From the NCBI RefSeq assembly GCF_009914755.1, contig NC_060929.1: a stretch of DNA of 64,000 nt; one strand, given 5' to 3'. The stretch comes from the human T2T-CHM13v2.0 reference genome, Homo sapiens. This document shows positions 57,201 to 64,000 of this stretch, piece after piece. Every line of letters starts with the position of its first letter. Position 1 is the first letter of the stretch. The notes below the pieces were generated by a model. The model was given only the letters and a program-made list of their open reading frames with translations, was not told the DNA's origin and ran no database searches. The position numbers and the translations under genes were made by a program.

Positions 57201-57619
57201 CATAGTTACAAGTTTGCACCATCTTTTCCTAGATTTATAAATGTTTTCTGAATAGAGAGGTTTTCTATTCGCTGAAATCCGTGTGGGACTCAATCGGAAG
57301 TTTGCTGGGCATTGATCACTCTGTTCACTATTGAACATGAGTAAAATCTTAGCATTTAATATAATAAATGACATAAAGCGGCTGAACATATATCTTTATT
57401 CCAAAACTAGACTTCTAGAAATAGATTGTGTTCCTTAAAACTAAATAAAAGTTTCTATTTAGTTCTGGATACGATGATAGTTAAAAATAATGCATTGACT
57501 TAGAATAAAGTCACTCAGGAAAGTTTTGTGAATATAGAACATTTTCTGCATTGATGATTATGAGGAAGCTATGGTAATTGTTATTAAAACAAAATATTTG
57601 TTGCTGCAGTGGTCAGCAC

Positions 57620-58020
57620 CTTACTGGGTCATCTTTTGGAGTTCTTTGGCTCAACTTACGTGAAACCTACTCTAGTAAATTTAAAGGAAAAGGTAAATAC
57701 ATTGGAAGGCTGGAGAGGAGCTGGTAGAATTTTTAAAAATCCTGAAAGCCAGACCTCAGAAAGGATGGGTACAGAAGAAGCAGCGGGGATTTTCACAGCA
57801 GGAACTGGGCTCCAAGCAACATCTAACTGTGTCACTTTGATGGAGAAACAGACTGGATCAAGGCTCACCTCTACACCCTGGGGGCAGTGCGTCTCATCAG
57901 GCCTGCCGGATAATGTCCTGGAATTAGGAAGCAGCTAGTACAATGAAGGAAAATGGAGGAATATACTAACACAGGACGTGGGCAGTGTGGCAAGCCAGCC
58001 AAAACAAAAGAGTCCACTCT
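57620..58020 (-). mobile_element. Old MaLR LTR (MLT1M/N-like) relic
   Basis: aaacctactctagtaaatttaaaggaaaagg...attggaaggc...gaaagccagacctcagaaagg. Confidence 0.4.
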
Positions 58021-60729
58021 ACCCTTTAATTAAACAGGTTGAGGTAGGTACCTAATGGCAAAGAATCACTGAAGAGAGGGATAAAATATCAACTCATGTA
58101 ATTGTTATTCTACCTAAAAAGCAGATTTTTTAAAAAATTGTTTTTGTTTTCATTTGATTTGGTTTATATTTAGATGTCTGATAATTTTCAGAGATCATGT
58201 GCACAGAAAAATGTCTGTGCATATCATCACAGCCTGAGATACGTCTTGCAGCCAACTCAGACAAACGATTTGCGAATACAACCTTGCAACATTCCTGAGC
58301 TTTTCTTTGTTAGGCTATTATTACAAAAATTTCCAAGAGAAAAAATGGTCTCTGCTTGTTTTTCCTGAGATGTAGGTGTATAAAAGAAGTAAAATACAAA
58401 GACCTGTTTTTGTGAATAGGTAGGTGAGAAAACCATTAAAATTCAAATGAAAATAAGTCTTCGTTATGATCATGTCAGATTTGGAAAACTTTGGCAATTT
58501 GAGCGACATTTCCAACGTTAATTTTCACATTTTGAATAAAAGCAGTAATTACCCTACCTGCATGTGTCATGTACAAGGTATTGCCCTCATGTTTCTGTAT
58601 TTTTTTTTGGTGCATGTATGGCCACAGGAAGAGAGAGTTTTTCTCATAGCAATAAAAAATCAAGTGAAACCGTTTCTGTATTTATGGTGTTTCCTCCCAC
58701 TGTCTACAGTTTATTTATGTGAATGTCTATGAAATGGTTTCCTTGGTAACTAAAAGGAGCCTGGGTCTGATCAACTGTATCACAGGCTCACAGTTTTAGA
58801 CATCCGTTGCTTACAAAAACTAACTACTCAATAACAAAATGTAAAAAATCAATACCAATTATTTATTGAATTGATATCTTTCTAGGGTTTTTCCATTTGG
58901 CTATTTTAGGATCCTACTCTATGCTAGATTTCCATGTAAACAGTTACAATTCAGGAGAAATTTACATTTATTATAGATACTGTTTTAGGAAGTTATACTA
59001 GTGAGGCCCTACCCCTTTCCAAATCCATTTGCTATTAATTGCCAAATGCTTTGGCTCTCATCTGAGTAATAACTAGCACTCAAATATTTAATGACTCAAA
59101 ATCACAGAAAAAATAAGACTTGATGTGCCTCCATATATCACACCACCACAGCAGGGGTTAAAATAAATGCCAGAGGTGATGAAAAAATGACTGTTTTTCA
59201 TAGAATCATGCGTGTTGTAAACAGCAGCTGGTTATCATTGTTTATTATGAAACAGTAGCAAAATGTCTTTATTCTGATTTCTAGCTTCTCTATGTTGCCT
59301 TCTTTCATATTGAAATTTTAGATACCTCTTGCTGAGTTCATTTGTATTCAGCTGTCGTTTCTCTCCTTCACTCAGCCATTCTCTTGACTATCCAAGACTT
59401 TTGTCACACTATGTCATCTGAAGTATTTGGTATTAATGAAATTTTATATGCAATGCTATCACTTCAGAAATAAACCTCATGCCACACTTTTGAGATTATA
59501 AAAACGTAGACTCATACTGAAGCTAACTCAGGATGAACAGAGGTTAGTGGGTGGAACCTGGTAATTTCATAATTAGATTTAACCTTTCTGGTGCCTTAGC
59601 AATCATTTTAATAATGACATTACTTTTCCTGTCCAATCACGTAACATTTCTGTGCTATTCGGGAAACTGCTTTGTTATGTAGTGAGCAATAAGACTGTCA
59701 AGTTTCATATCCTCCTGTTTTTCCTGAACAGATTCTCTAAAATATTAGAATAAATTTGACTCTGTTTCTCTTGCCAGAAACACAGGAATGAGAGCTTCTC
59801 TGGTGTTTCTATTACATCATCAATTTCTCCCTCCACTCTCATCCCTTTTCATGCCACAGAATCATTATTGGCATGCCTGTCAAAATTACTAAATCACTCT
59901 TTCCTATTCTCTTCCTTTACCACAAAATCCAATGTTTAAATCATAAACACTGCTTCCCTTCTGTAGCATGCATTGCTCACATTATCTGCACTACTTTTAG
60001 AGATTAATCATCAGAAATTAAAAGATGGAATAAAGCCTCACTCAAATTAACACTCTTCCTCACTCTGGGTCTCTCATTTTATTTCTAATCTGATATGTCG
60101 AAATTATGCTTTATACTGACAAGAATGTTCTCTCACCTTGCAAATACTTCCCCAGACTTGAAATCTTGTTCAAGAAGGTAGCTTTTGATTTACTTCCCAA
60201 ATAATGTCTTTTGGTTTAGTGTATATAAAAGAAGATTCCTTTTCCTTGATTCTGAAGATCCAAATGTTGAGGCAGATTTTTGTCTACTTTGAGTTAGCTG
60301 AGGCTTATTGGTTACATATTTTTTCCCACTCTTTTCACTGATATTCCAAATAACTATTTAAAATATGTGTATATTTTGAGATATACTCTGAGATGTCTGA
60401 AAATTCTATGCCTTTAGTTAGATGATGCTCTAGATTTTCATTATGTGAATTCACCTAGAATTGTGTTATATCTTGATTCTGCCAGTGCTCATGTTGGTAA
60501 TGGGGTTTTCAATTATTATATTACAAAAAGATGTCCAGGTCAAGGTTTTCTTAGAGTTTCCATCAGGGAGCATAGTTGAGGCATTGAATTTTAAGGTACA
60601 GAGTTGATGAATATGCCAAAAATAAGATGAATCTTAACTGAGCAATTTGTTTTCTATTGAGGTCAAGAAACTGATCATTGAAACAAGATCACTGCATAAA
60701 TTTTTAGCAACATATGCCAATTCTTTTGC

Positions 60730-63700
60730 CTTTTCCCCTCTAAGGAGATGGCATCTAAACTGAGACCTGAGGGAAGAGTGAGAATTAGATTTTAGCAGAG
60801 ATCCTGACTTGAGAAGGAATTGATTGTTGATATGGAGCTGATATAAGGTCAATGCACCAGGAGTGAAATGAGCCAGGCTAATAATTGTACCAGATAGACT
60901 GGTATATAAACTGGCCCTGTTTAAGCAGGGCCTGGTAGAACATAAGGAAGCTTGCATTTTATCCTATGAGGACTAATAAGTTAAAAAAAGGCTTTTTAAT
61001 ATTAGAGCAACAAGATCTGATATACACTGAAAACACCATTCTGATACTGGGAAGAAAATAGATTAGAAGAGGTGTGAGAGTGAAACAATGAATACTAATA
61101 ACGTTATTGCCGGGCTGGGAAGAGATGAAATTTTGAGCTGGGAAAGTGACAGTGAATCTAGGGAAATGCAGGGAGATTCAGGAAATATCAGGCTTGCTGA
61201 TAGATGAGATGTTGGAGTAAGGGAAGGAGAAAAACAAGAAGGCTCTAAGGCTTCTGACTTGAGGATCTCTCTGGATAGTCACATAGTACAACTCAGGTGG
61301 GAAAAATGGGATATTCTCAGGATTTGGTGGGGAAATTAAAACTCTGTGTTGAACGTAATAAGATTAAAATATCTATAAGACCGTTCAGTAGAGATGGCAA
61401 AAGGGCTGTTGGGCATATTAATCTAAATATTGAAATGGCTAGGCTGGGTATATTACAATAAGGAGTCAAAAACATAAATGGAACACCAGAACTTATTTCT
61501 CTTATCTACCTGTAACTTTGTACCTATTGATCAACCTTTCCTGATCTTCTGTACCCTGTACTCTCCCAACCTCTAGTAACCAGCATTCTTCTGTCTACTT
61601 CTATGAGGTCAATGGTCAACATTTTTAGATTCTACATTTACCTGACATCATGCAGTACTTGTACTTCTGTGCCTTGCTTATTTAACTTAAGACAATGTCC
61701 TCTAGCTTCATCCATGTTGTTGAAAGTGACAAAATTTCAGTTTTTTTATGGCTAAATGGTATTGCATTGTGTACACATACTACATTTTAAAAATTCATTC
61801 ATCTGTTGCACAGTCGGGTGACTATAGCCAACAATTAAATATTGTAAACTTCAAAATGTCTACAAGGGATAATTTTTGAATGTTTTCACTACAAAGAAAT
61901 TATAAGTGTTTAAGGTGATGGATATGCTAATTACCCTGATATAATTATACAATGTATATATGTATAAAAAAAATCACACTGTACCCCATAAATAAATATA
62001 ATTATTATGTCAGTTAAGAATGAAATAAAACTTAAAAATATATAAATTATAGCTTTGCCATGTGAATAAATTGGGTCACAGAGAAGAGCATTTGAGAGAA
62101 ATGATAAGACATAAGACTAAATGCTGAGGAATTCTAAAGTTTAGATGTTGAATCAAGAATGAGGAGCAAATAAAGAATACTAGGAAAGGGAAAATGAGGT
62201 AGAAGGGAAACTAGGAGACTGTGTCACCTTGAAAGCCAAGAAAGGAGAAAGTTTCAGGCTCAGAAGATCAACAGAGTCAAAGGCTACTGCAAAGTAAAGG
62301 GAAATGAAAACTAAAAAAAAGAATTCCAAATGACATGCAGCATGCCAGTCATAGAGTTGTCTGGAGTTCTTGCATATTTTTGATTTTCTTGTAAGAGTGT
62401 GAGTGAGAATCAGATTGAAATCTAAGACTAAATGGGAAGTAAAAAACTGGGGATTTTGTGTATAGACAACTCTTTCATTCAGACCAGTTTTGAAATGCAA
62501 AAGGTAGTGGAGGGAAGAGATGGGGTCATGGAGGAATTTTTAGAATAGAAGGACTTTATAGAATAGTAGAGCACATTTGTGCTTCAATAGGAATAATCCA
62601 GAAAAGAGCATTAACAATGTAGATCAGAAAAGAGATAACTGAAAGAGGGAAATCCTTGAGAAAGTTATACAAAGTGGGACCTAGAGTGCAAGAGGGCTGA
62701 TTGACCAAACTTCAGAGAAGGGACACATACTATTGTAATTGGGGGGATTGGGACTAGATAAGGTTATTAACTGAATGTGCCTGTAGGGGGTGGTAGTGGT
62801 AGATGCATCATTTTAAAGGAGAATAGGAAAACAAGAATAGTTTAAAAAGCCAACAAACTATTTCCAAGAAATATTGAAGTCCTTGTGATGTTTTTCATCA
62901 AAGATTTCAAGTGAAACTGCTCAGTCAGTTGTATGATTTCCTTTAGAAATGTGTAGATGCTTTCATGTAGCAACGAAAAAGGAGGATATTTGGTCTCATC
63001 TAGGATTGTTTTTTACTTGGGTATAAAGGAGAAAAGGGAGATAAGGGATTTAAGTATTTTTCAAGGGCACAATTGTAATATTTGAGCATGAAATATAACC
63101 TGGGCAAGAAGAAACATGAAGATGGAGTGAGGCTATTGATATTTATTAAAAAGTAATATGATTAATGGATTGGGTGTCTTGGTAAAGTGAAAGCATTGCT
63201 AATATGTAGATACATAAAAATGTGAATCAGAAAAATCAGAGGTGACAGTAGAGGAATGAAATATTCCAAGTTAAGGCATTTTGGGGAGCATATAAATCTC
63301 TATGGTATAAATATGGGAACAGAATTTGAGGCTGAATGAAAGTAAAAGTCATTTGACATCCCGAGGTACAGGACTGAGAAGAGGTACATGACAAAGAGTC
63401 ACCCAGGAAGTATTAGGAGTCACAAGTTAACGTCTTTAATGTAAGGAAAGTGACAAAGACATTGGTAAACAGAAAGATTAGAGAAGAGTAGTGTGCTTGA
63501 AAGCATATGGCTTTTTCAAGACTTTTTCTTCTTTAGAGGAAGAAGAGGAGGAAAATATTGTTTAGATGATGTAACCAAGAGCAAGAACACTCTACAAAGT
63601 TTTTGTCCTTGTGGTATAAAGGGACATGGAAGAAACAAAAACAAAAATCCAAGCTTCATAGAGTGAGAACCAGTTTTCAGTTAACATATGAAGATGGAAG
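60730..63700 (-). mobile_element. Long L2 relic interrupted by L1MA
   Basis: Collinear antisense L2: gagatggcatctaaactgagacctgag, ggcttgctgatagatgagatgttgg, aggagtc...gccatgtga, aatgctgaggaattc, gtcaaaggctactg, gacaactctttc, then 5'-ward purine-rich L2-like sequence. Confidence 0.65.
61480..62040 (+). mobile_element. L1MA4/5-like 3' end with 5' inversion
   Basis: Inverted piece 61480-61808 on - (agaacttatttctcttatctacctgtaactttg...cattcatctgttg). Sense 3' end 61809-62040 (ggtgatggatatgctaattaccctgat...cactgtaccccataaat). Degenerate TSD aaaaacataaat/aaatatataaat. Confidence 0.85.
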
Positions 63701-63744
63701 AACTATCTTAAGGCTTAAAATATAACACCCTTCCTAATATCGTT

Positions 63745-63930
63745 AATATTTACATATATTTTCTTATTTAATTCTAATAGTCACTTCCCAAGGTGATGCT
63801 AAATTGTCTCAATTTTATAAATGAGGAACTCATAGCATGGAAATGTTGAGTAATTTTCCCATGGTTACATATCTAGTAAATATTGATGTCAGGATTCAAA
63901 ATCAGGGCATCTGACTTCAGACCAAGCTAC
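63745..63930 (-). mobile_element. MIR
   Basis: caattttataaatgaggaact...gttgagtaattttcccatggttacatatctagtaaa...caggattcaaaatcagggcatctgacttcag. Confidence 0.75.
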
Positions 63931-64000
63931 AATTTCACCTGGTCCTAAAAAGTGGAAGACTTGCTTTGATCTGGGGGTAACTATGACATAGGATAACATT

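Noticed and set aside
57609-57938. 109-aa ORF as a small protein
   Set aside because: Non-ATG start, overlaps a probable old LTR, and has no recognisable domain.

Overview
AT-rich, CpG-poor primate (most likely human or other hominoid) genomic DNA, judged from AluY/AluS and L1PA elements. It looks intergenic or deep-intronic. I found no host protein-coding exon, CpG island, tRNA, rRNA or CRISPR array, and nearly all ORFs in the track come from L1, Alu, LTR or simple-repeat sequence. Recognisable content: a full-length processed pseudogene of ribosomal protein eL42 with RPL36AL-type UTRs (9229-9747); nine Alus; several L1s, three with 5' inversions (twin priming); HAL1, L2 and MIR relics; MaLR LTRs (MLT1, MSTB); an intact MLT2A1 solo LTR; a decayed ~4.5 kb ERVL provirus (LTR16/ERV3-16A3-like); Tigger, MER and MADE DNA-transposon relics; and a 30-bp palindromic minisatellite (56541-57020). 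I cannot support a new biological system here. The best leads are interlocked inverted-repeat (template-switch) scars, the palindromic VNTR that grew inside an L2, the pseudogene as a possible fossil of ancestral RPL36AL, the MLT2A1 promoter/splice-donor module and a dense E-box cluster. Subfamily names come from my recollection of consensus sequences and need RepeatMasker/Dfam confirmation. Boundaries of old repeats are approximate.
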